DNA from: Guillardia theta CCMP2712
Lineage: Eukaryota; Protista; Cryptophyta
Direction of reading: 5' to 3'
Length of the DNA: 64,000 bases
Assembly: GCF_000315625.1 (NCBI RefSeq)
Contig: NW_005434652.1
Coordinates: 634,091 to 698,090 of the forward strand
The notes under the pieces were generated by a model that was not told the DNA's origin, ran no database searches, and was given only the letters and a program-made list of their open reading frames with translations. The first letter of the stretch is position 1. Each line of letters starts with the position of its first letter. Shown in pieces: positions 24,174 through 37,305 of the stretch. The translations under genes and the position numbers were made by a program.

Positions 24174-25281
24174 ATGTTGAGCTCCAACAGCCTTTGGGCC
24201 GACATGAATAGAGATACCAAGACGCGGAGAGCCGCCGCCACCGAGGCTGCTCAAAGCAGTGAAGGGAACTTCTATCCTCCTATTCTTGGCTGTGCGTTGG
24301 AGGCAAGACCGTGTGAAGAATGTGCTTCAAACCATCCATGCCCCGCCTTGATGGCATCCCTCAACATCGCAGAGCGCGACAATGCTCTGATAGCGGCAGA
24401 TGACACAGCAGAAGGCGGCAGTCATACTTCAAGTGGGGTCAAGCATGTGGTCGCGCAAAGCGAGCGAGTGAACCAGGAAATGTTTGGAAGAAGAGACAAT
24501 GAGGAATCTCCTTCTTCTCCTTCTCCTTCTCCTTCAACAGCTTCTGCTCGCGTCAGCGCTTGGTTCTTGCCCTCGCCTTTGCAGGCAGGCAGACCTTGTG
24601 TAGCGTCATGCGGGCTCTCCTCTAAAGACGCCAAGTCAACGGGGAGGAAGTGGAAGTCTCTTGCGCGCAGGCTGATCTTCAAGCGCGGCGATGAGCGTGC
24701 GATCCGGGCTGAGCGAGTAGCGATCAACCGAAGGTGACGAGCTTCACGCTGAGGAGAGACTGAGATTGCGACAGGCCTAGTAGCTGCTGGATCATCGCCA
24801 ACCGACTGGTGTTTGATGTAACCCTCTTTCTACATCTCCATCCTGCTGGGCCTCAGGTGTAATGTCTTCCCCTCTCCCTTCCTCTCCTCGTCTCTTCCTC
24901 TCCTCGACTCTTCGTTTCCTTTGTTCTTACCCTCGCCTTGTGCTTCTGGCGATACTGATCAAGACGTCAGGTGCTGCTGAAGTACTCAGGGAGCGACTGC
25001 TCGGAAGACTTCATCCTGCACTCTGCTAACGCCAAGGTGAGGAGGGCGGGAGGGTGGAAAAGAGCGGAAGGGAAATCATGGAGGCATGAGATGATGTGGG
25101 AGGCGATGGGGAGGAAGCGTTTTCACACTGGTCGCAGCTGATGTGGAGCAAGTATGCCATCGGGGTACTACAAGAATGTGAGGAGGAGAAGGAGGAGGAG
25201 GAGGAAAGCAATCGATTTCTCAAGGGAAGACTAGCGGCGATACGGAAGATGCACGAAGCGCACAAGCACATAACTAGCTGA
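24174..25281 (+). CDS. Hypothetical multi-exon protein
   Basis: 187-aa ORF 24174-24737 plus downstream exon-like pieces; no recognisable domain. Confidence 0.35.
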
Positions 25282-25373
25282 AGTGAGCAAGTCGGTACAC
25301 GCCTGATGACACTCGTCTCGCTTTCGTGTCAGGACTTGTTTTAAATCCTTGCATACGATTCGATCCCCTTGTT

Positions 25374-28300
25374 TCAGAACCTTTCAGCGACTATGATGTG
25401 ACGAGGTTTGCTGCCGCATGCGTGCACCTGAAAGGACTCAGGAGAACAACAAAAGGATTCAAGCGAGGGCAAGAGAAAGAAAGGCAAGAGAAAGGAAGGC
25501 GAGGGAAGGAGAAACAGGAGGGCAAGAGAATTGAAAGCAGGTGAGGTGAGGAGGGCAAGGAGCAGCAAGTGAGAGAGCTCTGAAACCTCCCACATCATCT
25601 TCATGCTGGTCTCGACATGAGAAGTAAGGAGACTGGTGGCAAAGAGCGGCAACCGCTCTCGTTCTCTTCCTAGCAGTCTCTTCATCTCCCTCATCTCCTG
25701 TAGAGAAGCCAGACGAGAGGTCAGAAGGTAGTCGCCAGCCAACGAAAGCAATCAGTGATCACCTTCGTCTTGCGGCATAACTTGGTCGCAACATGCGCAT
25801 AGTCTGGGGCAGGATTAGAAAGCAGCAGGATGAAGAGGGAAGAAGGAGCGGAAAAGTGAAAAGAAGAGGAACCATGGAAAGAGGGAGAGAACGGGGGGAA
25901 TGAAGTGAAAGGGCGAGCCGAGAAAACAGAGGAGAAGGGAAGAAGGCGAGGAGGAGGAAGGTAGCTGATTGCTCACCGTCTAAGTTTCTGACAAGCGAGA
26001 CGTTACTCATTCGCACCGAGCGGATCAAACCGCCCGCCACCCTCTGAGTGACAACTGAAATGAGCGGCAAGAGAGGAAGAGTTGCAAAACCAAAGGAGAA
26101 GAGAGGAGGGTAGCAGGGGGTTGCGAGACAGCAGAGGAGGAGATAGAGTCTCGCACTAGATGAGCACCTGAGCGAAGTTCTCTCCGGGAAGGCTGAGCAT
26201 GGGGATCCCAGCCCACAGCACGTCACCCCCAGTCGTGTGCGCGTTGAACTGCTTGCAAGACTCAACGAGGGAAGGGAAGAGGAAACCATCACAAGCGGCG
26301 TGTCGAGAAAAAGATCCGCGTGACTCTTAGCCAGCAGCTCAATATCTGCAGCATCCTCTCACCTTTCCCCTGCTCCTCTTCTCCCCATCCCTATGCTCAA
26401 CCTTTAGGGAATTTGGAATGAAATACGAGCCGATCTTCCTTCACCCCTGCCGCAGCTGCTTCCTAGTTCAACAGCGATGAAGATTAGCCGATAGGTAAGA
26501 CAAGATCGAGCTGAAGGGAGAGGAGTGGGGGGTGAGGGGACAAGGAGGGAGGGAGAGATAGGAGATAAGGAGGGTGAGAGAGGGAGAGGGAGGGAGAGGG
26601 AGAAAGAGAGGGGGGAGGAGGTTGGAGTCCAGCATTACCTTGAGCAAATATTTGCTTGCAGCCTTGGAAAACTTGAGGAGCCAAAGTTTCGACTTAGGGA
26701 CCTGAGCAAGAAGAAGCGATTCAACGGACACGCGAGAGAGGGGGGGGGGGCATACGGACCTGCCTCATGACTTCCATCCACACGTTGAAGATCTGTTGAC
26801 TGCGTGAGACGATCTCGACAAGGGAAGATAACCGGATGGTCGAGAAGTTGAAGGAGACGGCGAGGAGAAGAAGACTTTCAAGTAGAGGGGAAAAGCCAAT
26901 GGAGAGGGCGGGAGCAGAAAAAGCATGAGGAAAACAATAAGGAGGAGGAGGAGGAGGAGGAGGATGTGTGTGACCTTTGGCTCGATCTTGTAGAGCTGAT
27001 TGAAAGAGGCGAGGATAATGTCGTCCTCACTGATGTTCCAACAGTGAGACAAGAAGGCAAGAGAGCAGGAGGGAGGAGTAGCGGTTGAGGAAGAGGAAGA
27101 GAAGATGGATGCTAGGGAGGGAGAAGGTAGGGAGGAGCAAACGAACGCTAACNNNNNNNNNNNNNNNNNNNNNNNNNNNNNNNNNNNNNNNNNNNNNNNN
27201 NNNNNNNNNNNNNNNNNNNNNNNNNNNNNNNNNNNNNNNNNNNNNNNNNNNNCCCTCCTTCCTCCTCCTCCTCCTCCTCCTCCTCCTCCTCCTCCTCCTC
27301 CTGGTTGAACCCACTCGTGCTGCAAGCTCTTGGTCTGTCATGCTTGAGCCATCCACCCATCCTCCACTGCAACTTTTCTTGATCGAGTCCCTGCGGCAGC
27401 ATAAGACAAAGAAGACAGAGAGTCCAGTCGAGGAAAGTGCAGAGTGGAGGGGAGGGGAGGAGACGAGAGAAGGCGAGAAAAGACGACAGGAGAGAAAAAG
27501 CAAGGGGAGGGAAGAGGGGAGATGGAGGTGAACAGGTCAAGGGTCACGGAGGAATGGCTGAGAAACATCGCTTGGGTCTACCTTTCTTTTGAGCTGTCAT
27601 CGCTGGAAAGCGCATAGCAGACAATCTATAGAGAGGAACATGAACAGTGCCAAAGAATGTTGTAGAAGGCAAAACAAGATCGTAAATCGTGGATTATGAT
27701 AGACAAGAGCGGGGGAAAGAAGAGAGGAGGGCCGAGGGAAAGGGAGATGATCTGAGCGAAGAGGATGCAGTGCGGGGGAGGCAACCTTGACACTCTTGCT
27801 ATGATAGCTGAACATGCTTTGCAGACATCTCGCAGTTGTTGTACCGTTGCGGAAGCCAGCACCGTTCACCTTCACTCCGTTAGCTTGCTTCCCCTCTTCC
27901 CCTCTCTCAAGTTCCTCCCCTCTCTCCCAATAACACCCTTCCTCCCCTCCTGCCTCACGTATCCGATCTTGAGCTGGAGGGAGTTGCTTAGATTTGAAGC
28001 TGCGGGGTTGGGTGGCACGAGTCGCCTCTGCTCCTTCACAGCTTCGCCTATCCTCATCGACAGGTACCTGCTCCTTGTCAGCTCACGTTCACTCCAGCAG
28101 CTGCCCACTTGCTGTTGACGAGAAGCTCCTTGGGCGAGTAGCCAAACTCGATGGCGTGGAAAGGAGGAGCAAAGTTCTCTTTTCTCGACGCTCTGCGGGT
28201 GAATCAAGAGAAGGAGGAGGAAGACAAATGGAGGGCAGGGGGGGGAAGAGGACGAGAAGAGACCTTTCTCGCAGCGCTTGTTTCATCGCCTTCAGATGCA

Positions 28301-30197
28301 CATCCCTCAACGACCAATCGCACACGCGATTCTACAGCAAGTCAGAGACGAAGTCCTGAGATGTCCTCACCTCCGCCATCACGAGGTTTGAGAGCGTGAC
28401 CATGCTAACGCATCGGTGAGGAGGAGCGAAGAGCAGAGCAAGGACTTCTCACTCCTTGGGCTGCAGCTCCATGACTCTCCTCAGGGCGAATATCGAGCCT
28501 GACATGCAGCTCAGCCTCTCGACATGTCTCTTCTCTCCCCTTCTCTGCTGCTCCCTCCCTCTCGCTTCCTCCATCTCAAGACCTTCATCATAACTGTCGT
28601 ATTCCTCGGGTTTGCCGTCAGGGAGCACGTGTTCGAGGTACCTGAAGAGAGACTTAGGAGTCAATGGGAGGACGGCACGAAAAGTGACGATCAGAGCAAG
28701 ACAGGGCACATTCTCTCACATCCAAGCGATCCCCAAGCCGCTCCAGCCTGACCAAGGTTTGAAATTAGAAAGAAGAAAGCCGGGGGAGCCCTGTGTGGAA
28801 TGAGGGAATGGGGGGAGACAACAAGGAGGAGGAGGGAGGCGGAATGGGATGGAGTTTATGCTTTCAGATAGTCGGATATCATCGGGTCCAGCGGAGTGAG
28901 GCGAGAGAAGGAGAAGCAGGAGGAACCTTGAGGGTTGATGGGATCAAGTTTCACCGCTGATTGGAAGTCCTGTTGACACCTGCATCACTGTACTGTCTTT
29001 CTTCCCCACTCGTCGCCTTCTTCCTGATATCACTCTCCTACCCCGTCTTACTCTCCTACCCCGTCTTACTCTCCCTCGTCTTACTCTCCCTCTTCCCCCA
29101 CTATTCCTCCAAACCAGCCATTTTTACACTAAATTTGCTCCTTCCTTTCCTTCCTCCTCCTTCTCCATTCACTCTCAGCAGTCCCTCTTCGATTCTCTCG
29201 CTCCATCCCTGCTCTAACCTTCTCAGCTTGCTCGTAGGCATCGAGCTCTTGATTCAGAACCCCTCTTTGTTGAAATACAGATGCCTGTAAATGTTTTTTA
29301 GGTGTTGTCCGAACACTGCCTCCCTCCTTGTCCTCTTTTCCACTGCCCCCCCCCCTTGTCTTTCCTGGCCTCGTCCTTTCATCACCTGATTGGGTGAAAC
29401 TTCCAGCGCGGCATCGTATGCGCGCAGAGCTTGTGTGAAGTCACCTGCAGGTCGAGGTGACTAACGGGATAGATGAGCACGCGGACAAGCGCGACGAATA
29501 GATTTGAGCGCAAGGATGAGAAACGGAAGAGAGACAAGGAGGAGGACTGGAAAGCCAAGAGGCTCAAGCGGAAGAGAGGAGAGCGTAAGGAGGAGGTGAA
29601 GGAGGAGTAGGAGCTGGGAGAGGGTAGAGGGTTTGAGGCAAAATACCGGCTCCTTTGAGCAAATCTCCGATCTTGAGGTAGACCTCCCACACTTGAGGAT
29701 GGAGGTGCCCGATAGCTGCTTTAGCTCTAAGCTCTCTCTCTGTCTCTGCTTGTCTTCCTCACCCGCTACCGCCGCCTGCAGCTCATCCAGCGCTGCCTGG
29801 ACGTTGCCCATGGCTTGATGTGTCTGAGGACCGTAAGGGAAGGGAGGATGAGAAGAAGGAGAAGGTGATGACCTGCGCGATGGCGATGAAGATCTCATGG
29901 TTTCTCGGCTGAAGTTTCTTCAGCTCCTGGAAGCCGCGGAGAGCGGCTGAAAATCTCTGCTGATTGAAGTCCAAGAGAGCTTGCTGCCTACATATTCCTC
30001 ACCGATCTGTCTATCCACAACAAGCAATACAATCATTCATCTCAAAAGCAACCATTCATATAAAACATCTTATTCAACATCCATCTCTTCATGTCAAGCT
30101 TGATATTCGATCCAAAGGAATTATCATACCCGATTCTCTCAAACTCTCCCGCTGCAACAAGTCCAGCAAGCATAAGCAACGCTGTCGCTACCCGCAT
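25374..30197 (-). CDS. TPR + GT41 O-GlcNAc transferase-like protein with N-terminal signal peptide (spans N gap)
   Basis: Spliced motifs CDW, PFHAIEF, LKIGYV, FNQLYKIEP, VPKSKLWLLKF, NAHTTGGDVLWAGIPMLSLPGE, RVAGGL and PLFATSLLTSHVETSMKMMWE match OGT/SEC catalytic halves. TPR-like exons lie at 29650-29990. Start is MRVATALLMLAGLVAA. Confidence 0.85.
27153..27252. other. Assembly gap (100 N)
   Basis: N run next to a (CCT)n repeat. Confidence 1.
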
Positions 30198-30285
30198 GGC
30201 TGTCTGTCTTGGTTGTCCTAGCATGCCATCCCTTTCGTCTCGGTCTATACGAACATCGGCAAACTAGACAATCAGCCAGGCGGGC

Positions 30286-30470
30286 CAGCAGGAGGAGGGG
30301 TAGCAGATGCGATGAAGCAGCAGGAGGAGGGGTAGCAGATGCGATGAGGCAGCAGGAGGAGGGGTAGCAGATGCGATGAGGCAGCAGGAGGAGGGGTAGC
30401 AGATGCGATGAGGCAGCAGGAGGAGGGGTAGCAGATGCGATGAAGCAGCAGGAGGAGGGGTAGCAGATGC
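30286..30470. repeat. 32-bp minisatellite, ~5.8 copies (GCAGCAGGAGGAGGGGTAGCAGATGCGATGAR)
   Basis: Direct reading. Confidence 0.9.
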
Positions 30471-30605
30471 GCCCTGTCGCCCCATGTTTTTTATAAAAGA
30501 GGGAGGGGGACGAGCAGGTGGAAACCGAGGCGGGGGGCGGGGCGGGGCTGGGGGCGGGGCGGGGCGGGTTTAGTGGAGAAGAGAAGGAGCCAACAGAAGC
30601 TCTCA

Positions 30606-30775
30606 TATCAAGCAAGGTCTTGTTTCAGAGTATCAAGCAAGGTCTTGTTTCAGAGTATCAAGCAAGGTCTTGTTTCAGAGTATCAAGCAAGGTCTTGTTT
30701 CAGAGTATCAAGCAAGGTCTTGTTTCAGAGTATCAAGCAAGGTCTTGTTTCAGAGTATCAAGCAAGGTCTTGTTT
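30606..30775. repeat. 25-bp minisatellite, ~6.8 copies (TATCAAGCAAGGTCTTGTTTCAGAG)
   Basis: Perfect tandem units. Confidence 0.95.
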
Positions 30776-30811
30776 ATCATTGTTTTTCATCAAGAGCAGG
30801 ACAGGCACGAG

Positions 30812-33240
30812 CTATCGATCTCTCAGATGAGCTTTCATGTGGGCATGGACTGTCTCGATCATGTTTGCGTTGCTCCTTGAGATGTCTTGAATCGCCTGTA
30901 TTTCCCTCTGACCCCCTTCCAGCTGCTGCTCCAACTTGCTACACAGCATGTGAGTCCCTCGCTTCGCCCAGTAGACGCACCTCAGCTTCTCTTTCAGCTC
31001 CACCACCCGATGGCCCTGACTGCAGACCTCGTTCTCCAGCACGTCCACTTCCTGCTCAGGCCCTTGAGAGAGTCAACTCAACGGGAGGAGCACCTGAAGG
31101 ATCTCGGAGAGAAGAAGCTCTGTAGAGAGATCACTTTCTTGTCTCGTCTTCAACTCCTTTCGAATTCGAGCCCATCTCTTCCTGAACAAGCTCTCCTCAC
31201 AACCAATCAAGGTCTCGAAGAGGGACCTTGCTGAATTCCATTGAGAGTACAAGATATTTTCCTGTGTCGAGTTCCACTCAATGTTCTCCACACGAGTTCC
31301 ATCTCCAAGACTCTGGCTCGACTCGTATTGCATATCTCTTCTCTTCTTGGTGTCCTGATAGAACTTGAATAGACGATACCTGCAAGAACACGTCTATTCC
31401 ACTCGGAATAACAGCACGTTTGAAACCTTACCATGCTATGATGTACCTCTGTGCTGCTTTCTGTCCAACAAGCATGCGATAGTTCTTCACGAAGACGTCT
31501 GCACATCTTTCTTCTGTCTTGCCGAGTCGGACGAATCGCGTGAACACGGTCAGCATCATGGACGAGATAACAAATCCCATGATGAAGGAGATTGCCGAGA
31601 CGAAACGACCCAACCGAGTCACTGCCACGGAGTCGCCTGTGCTGAGGTGTCACGTGCAGGCATTCAGTAACGGGGAGAGGTACCGTAACCGACTCCAGTG
31701 AGAGACACTGTGATGAGCCACAGCTGGTTGGAGAAGTCGCCAAGGTGATTGATAGCAGCACGATCAGCGTCTTGGAAGGATTCCATCAGCCGCAGCCAAT
31801 ATGCCATCAGGCAAATGATGGAAAGGCTGCCAAGGGCAACCTGTTGACATCATGCGATAGGAATGCAGCCCTTGTCAAAAGGAAGAAACTCGCATAGGTA
31901 AAAGTCACCGTCCGTAAAGGATACACCGAGATACAGTATCTGCAACGACATCACTGTAGGGCTGTATCGGACTGGAAGAAGAGAATCAAAGATGTGCTCA
32001 CTTGGTCCAGAAAGAGATTGAGTTGAGGTCAATCGAGCTACATCGAGAAGCCACTAGCGATTGGACGTCATTGATCGAAAGAATCTCGAATGTTGATAAT
32101 CAGCCGGAAAAAATCGAGTGAATTCATCAATGCATCACCTGCCTTATCGATCTGACACAGAAAAATATTCTCAAGGTTGACAATGCTGTTAGAAGATTGT
32201 CCAGGGGAAATTTGATCACTGGAGGTCCGTCGAAGATATGCTTCGGGATGTTGGGCTGCTCGATCGTGATGTCTGTGACGATGCCAGGAGGGCAGTGCAC
32301 GAAGCTGACGAGAACCTCCACGGCGACTCTGAGCTGATGGTCAACGTCTGCCGTGCATGATCAACAGACACTGGATCGAACCTCAACAGCTTCGATTTGG
32401 TCCATACGGTCTGGCGACTTCCGGACTTGTAAATCCTTTCTCTCATACGTTATACACCGCAGAATAGCATCAAAAGGAACCGAACATGACAATGTTAGCT
32501 CGCAATAAGTGATAGCTCAACACCGCATAAGCAAGCCTGAGTGAGAAAGCTAGTACCTATCATGCAAATCATGCAAAAATGTCAAAAATCTACATTTGCC
32601 ATTCGAGTCCATTTGAGTCCAATTGGAAGGAATCTCACCGCGAATCTCAATATGAGCACAATACTTTTGGCGCTTCCATGAAACATCATGTTGATCTCTT
32701 GAGCAACGACGGACAGGAACAAGGAGAAGAACGATAAAGAGCTTATGAGGTGGATCAAGTAGCTCTGGGCGTTGAGAGATTCATTCATCTTCACTATGCC
32801 TTTCAAGGCATTCGAGACTTCGTGGTTGTCCGAAGGCAAATCTTCTATCCCTGCTCAAGATGTTAACTTCAGACATGCCATGATGTGCACTGAGCAGGCT
32901 GCTTCAGAGTCAAGACTGAGACCTTGTATTGATCTTCTCTGTTTATCGATCCTCAATCTAACAAACTCAGGCCGCGTGACTCTTGACGAGTTCGATTCAA
33001 CGTTGGTTCGAACATACCACACTGCTTCAACATTTAGTCTCGCACTAACATCTACTCTTGTGTACCTGGTTTGAAGTTCTGTTCAAGCCTCGAGGTGACG
33101 ATTTCTTCTTGCAACTCGGCATGGCCCTTGGCATGGACGTAGCTCGTGAACCAATCTCTCACCTCCACCTCTCCTCCGGGACCGCCTCCTTGCTGCCCCT
33201 CCTCCTCCCCGGCCTCCTCCACTTCATCATCCTCAGCCAT
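30812..33240 (-). CDS. Small-conductance Ca2+-activated K+ channel-like (SK/KCNN family)
   Basis: S3 EVLVSFVHCPPG, S4 LSTLRIFFCVR, and pore WLITVSLTGVGYGD (split by an intron). S6 LGRFVSAISFIMG is followed by a calmodulin-binding-like segment LGKTEERCADVF...QKAAQRYIIAW and a C-terminal coiled coil. Confidence 0.8.
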
Positions 33241-33916
33241 CACTCACTTGGAAGCCTTGATCGATGTCGTTACGAATCGTAACCGTAGCTTGCCATGCTG
33301 ACTCCGACGGCCCGGGTGAACGGCCCGGGCGGCAAGTAGCAAGATAACGTTTTGTAACGGATTTCGAAGAGGCAAGGCAACACTTCGCAGACATGCGAAG
33401 ATTGGGACGAGGGAGTGAGAGAAGAGAAGTGAGAGGACTGGAATGATTGAGAGAAGAGAAATGAGAGGAGAGAAATGATTGAGAGAAGAGAAGTGAGAGA
33501 AGAGGCGAGAGTGGGAGAGTTAGAAGGTTGGAAGAGAGTTTGTTATTCAGCTTTTTGTAGTAAGATAATGATATGGTGATCAAATCATGTATCCTGGCTG
33601 AAACACCTTTGAGATCCTCATATAAGACACATGTGACAAAGCATCAGAGTGGTCTGAATTCATGTGGGTGGGTGTACATGCACCGCAAACTCTGCTATTT
33701 TAGCTCTTGTGGCCAAAAGGCGCAGTGAGGCTAGGAGTAGATAGTCGAGCGAGGCGCTTGGCATCTACCGGGTTGCAGGAGAGGGTTGATTTCATAGTAA
33801 AGCCAGCACGTTGTTCGAAATCGAATCACGAGAGGAGACCAGACAGCGTTTGTGCGTCTGACTCCCTCCCTTGCACAGGCCCGATGGTCGAAGCTGGCCA
33901 TGTCCGAATAGGCCTG

Positions 33917-35099
33917 ATGCATGGAAACGATGCGCCTGTCAACAAGAGGCGAAAGGTCATCTTGTTGATCCATTGACTGCTGGAGTTCACGTTTCCTTGT
34001 CAGATCGCTTTTATCGCGTTATCGTCGGTGGCTATTTTGGTCTCTGCCTTGTTAGTGGGGAGGTCTAATCCGCGCATTGAGATGCAAGAGAAAAAAGCCC
34101 GCTTTGAGCAGCTCTCTGGGGATTTGCTTGGTAGTCTGGAGCAAGCGATGGATAGCTCTGTTGACAACAAAGTTCAAAGCATGATGAGTACGCGTCCTGT
34201 TCAGCACGTTTCGTCGGTGCAGGGATACCACAAGCTTCTCCCATTTGATCCTCATCCCTACGTAACTCAAACTCAGTTGGACCGACTGCTTGCTGAGAAG
34301 AGGGAGCTGGAAACTAAGCGTGAAGCCATTCTCCGCACTCTTCGATTGAGGAGGGAGGCGGCAGCAGCCAAGGCAGCCAAGGACGCGGCTGCGTTGGATC
34401 GCATCCGCTTAGAACGCGCTGTGACTGCAGCGAAGAAGAGACAACTACAAGCTGCGCAACGAGCAGCTCGTGCGGCCGCATCCGAGATGAAACAAGCTGC
34501 AATCGCCAAGCAGCAGGCTATTCATGCAGCTGAAGTTGCATCAGCTAGACAAAAGGAGCTTGAGTACATGAGCGAAGTCAATCATCAACAAGCGGAAGAA
34601 TCCGCGCAGTATGCGGCGAAGGAAAACGTTGCAGATGACATGCAGTATCAGCAGGATAAGTCAGCTGTGGACAGCAAGCTTAAAGGATACCTTCTCCAAG
34701 AGAAAGACCTTCTAAGAAAGATTGCTGCTGCTGAAAAAGTGGCTGCACATGGTGGAAAATGGCCAGAGACTGGCATGCCGAAGACTTTGTCAGCAAAGGC
34801 TGCACAGGGTCAACTCAGGCAGACAACCACAAATGCGAATAGTGCGGAAAGTCAAATCATTGGATCGATCGCACAGGCAATTACGAACAATAAACGCCAA
34901 ATTCAGAGGGATCGCGTGCAGGCTCAACAACTGCAGGCCAAAGAGATCAGCATCAACTCCAACGTTGAGGTAAATTCACTCTGCTCTCTTGCGTGTAAGT
35001 TTTGGGGTGTGACGTGATGTGCAGGCACTCAAGGCAAGCGACTTGCGATTGTCAAAGGAATTGATTGATGCAGAACTCAAGAGAGTTAGGAAACAATAG
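33917..35099 (+). CDS. Hypothetical membrane-anchored Ala/Gln/Lys-rich coiled-coil protein
   Basis: Short exon MHGNDAPVNKRRK, hydrophobic segment (AILVSALLVG), 329-aa ORF and a short terminal exon. Confidence 0.6.
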
Positions 35100-35271
35100 A
35101 TAGCGAGAGATGCGAATTTTCTTAAATCATTAGATGTGGACACATTCCCATGAGCTTGACACAATTTGTTTTCCACATGTTGCTTGTGCTGGAGTTGGTA
35201 AGTGAAGCATCGTCTCATGTAGTTTAGGATTGAGAATCAACGCGTGTATAATGCTCCTTGGCCTTAACCTC

Positions 35272-36942
35272 TTAAGGCTTCCGTTTGCCGGTTATGAGAA
35301 CCCATCCCTGATCCTCCTGTGCGGCAGGTCATCGGAGAAGAGATTCAAGACTTAGATTGCCTGCTCTACCCGAAGCTGCTCGTAGAAGGGCTCGTAAGCT
35401 TCTATGACGCGCTCTGCCTGCCTCCCACGCTCAGTTCGTTCTCAGCTAGATGAGACTCAATCACGTCGTACCTGCTCGTGCAAGATCCCCGACAAGCCCA
35501 GCAGCCCTTGAGCTCGGCTCAACCTATAAGGTGTCAGTCACGTGAGCGTGAATTGAGGGAGAAACCTTGCAAGCTCTGGAGCAAGGCGGATTAGAGGCCC
35601 AGCAAGGATGTTTGACACCACGACGTCATACCCTACATGCATGTCAAGATGAGAAGCAGCGACAGCAACGACCGTGGCAGTCATCGGGAAGCGTCTCAAG
35701 CATGTCATTCCAGCTGAGCATGCCACTGATGACAAATTATTCGCCATGAAGCGTCAGATCAACTGACCTGAGTTGGCGAAGCTGAGCAGCGTACCGCAGG
35801 TCTTCGATGAGCTCAGCGTCCTTGGCCTGCAGCAGCGTCAACCACTCGCTGCCTGGCCGAGCTCTTGCTGACGGTTGAGGAGGGCAGGTAGACTTTGAAC
35901 GACTCCATGCCGTTTAGTCTTGCATTCGAGTGCGCTGCCACTATCGAATCTACCAGAGGCTTAGCAGCGATTGGAATCAGCTTGGGGCTCGTTGCCTGGG
36001 TCTATTTCAACACCTACTGCTGCTTCCGCACCGAAGCGCAGGCTCGTCAATCCCAAGACCTGAGACTCGAACTCAGCCTCCTCCTCCCAGCGTCTCATCT
36101 CCTACTCCACTTCCTGCGCCGTAGTCCATCACCCTCACTCGCTGTCCGTGCTCCAGGGCGAGCTTCTGCTGCAACCACCTGCAACACAGTCGGGTAGTTG
36201 GATGCTCTCCTGTACCGAAAGCCATTCCTCCTTCAAGCATCAACTCGTGGATTTCGCTGTCCTGCAGGACGACAGAGTCGATGTCTTCCTTGCTGTGCCA
36301 TGGGAAGCGGAGTAGGAGGTGATCGATCAAGATGGGCTTCCAGGACTGCTGCACAAGCTTCACCCAGTCCTGATCTCTGACCTCATCCACTGCATATCGA
36401 GGCACCACAGGCAAGTCCATGCTCTTGACCACCATCTCCAAAACAGCTGGAATGTCCCATCCATGCGGGTAGAAGGCCGTGACGTTGCAATTGTTCCAGT
36501 ACCTCTCCGCTCGTCCAGGCTCGTTGAAGATGGGCAGCTCCTGCTCTGTCCCCCGATCGGCGTCCTCGACGATCACGCTGAGAGCGCCTGTCTCCATCAG
36601 GAGCTCGGAAAGCTCGTCCGCATCGATCGTCCTTCCGTTTTCATCGTCTTGTCTCACCACTTGGATTACTAGAGTACAGAAGCTCTTTGCCTCTGAAGCT
36701 TGCATCCGTAAGTCATGCGATCTTCTCAGCCTGCAAGGGTTTATTCCACGCAGTCTGACTGAGATGGAAGCAAGCTTAACGTCCGAGATTCCTGTCCTTG
36801 TGATTCTTGTGCTCCGGCTGAGTAAGGGAGAGTAATTGACATATCCCATGCTTGAGATCGGACATCCGAGAATCGCAACAATGAGAAAGATGAGGAAAAA
36901 GCAGCCAGGCATTGTGAATCCTGCCATGTATATCAACTCCAT
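35272..36942 (-). CDS. prmA: Ribosomal protein L11 methyltransferase with signal + transit-like presequence (likely plastid)
   Basis: QDWV...W.PI, GMAFGTGEHPTTRLC, VMDYGAGSG, YDVVVSNILAGPL, LSGIL and terminal GWVLITG. Confidence 0.92.
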
Positions 36943-37043
36943 ATCTAGAAAGCTTGAATATTCATATAAACATTTTTTTTTCGTTGCAAAATCACTCGTA
37001 CTATCAACTCCTCATCAAGCTGACTCTCAACAATGTCCTTATA

Positions 37044-37192
37044 TCATCAAGCATCTCATATCTTATCTCATCAAGCATCTCATATCTTATCTCATCAAGC
37101 ATCTCATATCTTATCTCATCAAGCATCTCATATCTTATCTCATCAAGCATCTCATATCTTATCTCATCAAGCATCTCATATCTTATCTCATC
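37044..37192. repeat. 24-bp minisatellite, 6 copies (TCATCAAGCATCTCATATCTTATC)
   Basis: Perfect tandem units between divergent genes. Confidence 0.95.
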
Positions 37193-37305
37193 GTGCATTG
37201 TTCCCTCATTGTGGGGGTTGGCCCCCTTTCTACCCCCACCCCAATTTCAAATGATTAGGGGGGGTACTATACAAGACCGCTGCCTCAGGACCTGCATGGG
37301 TCGCC

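Noticed and set aside
35290-35300. GGTTATGAG, resembling the LTR element's PBS
   Set aside because: It lies in the last prmA exon (VLIT on the minus strand) with no adjacent LTR.
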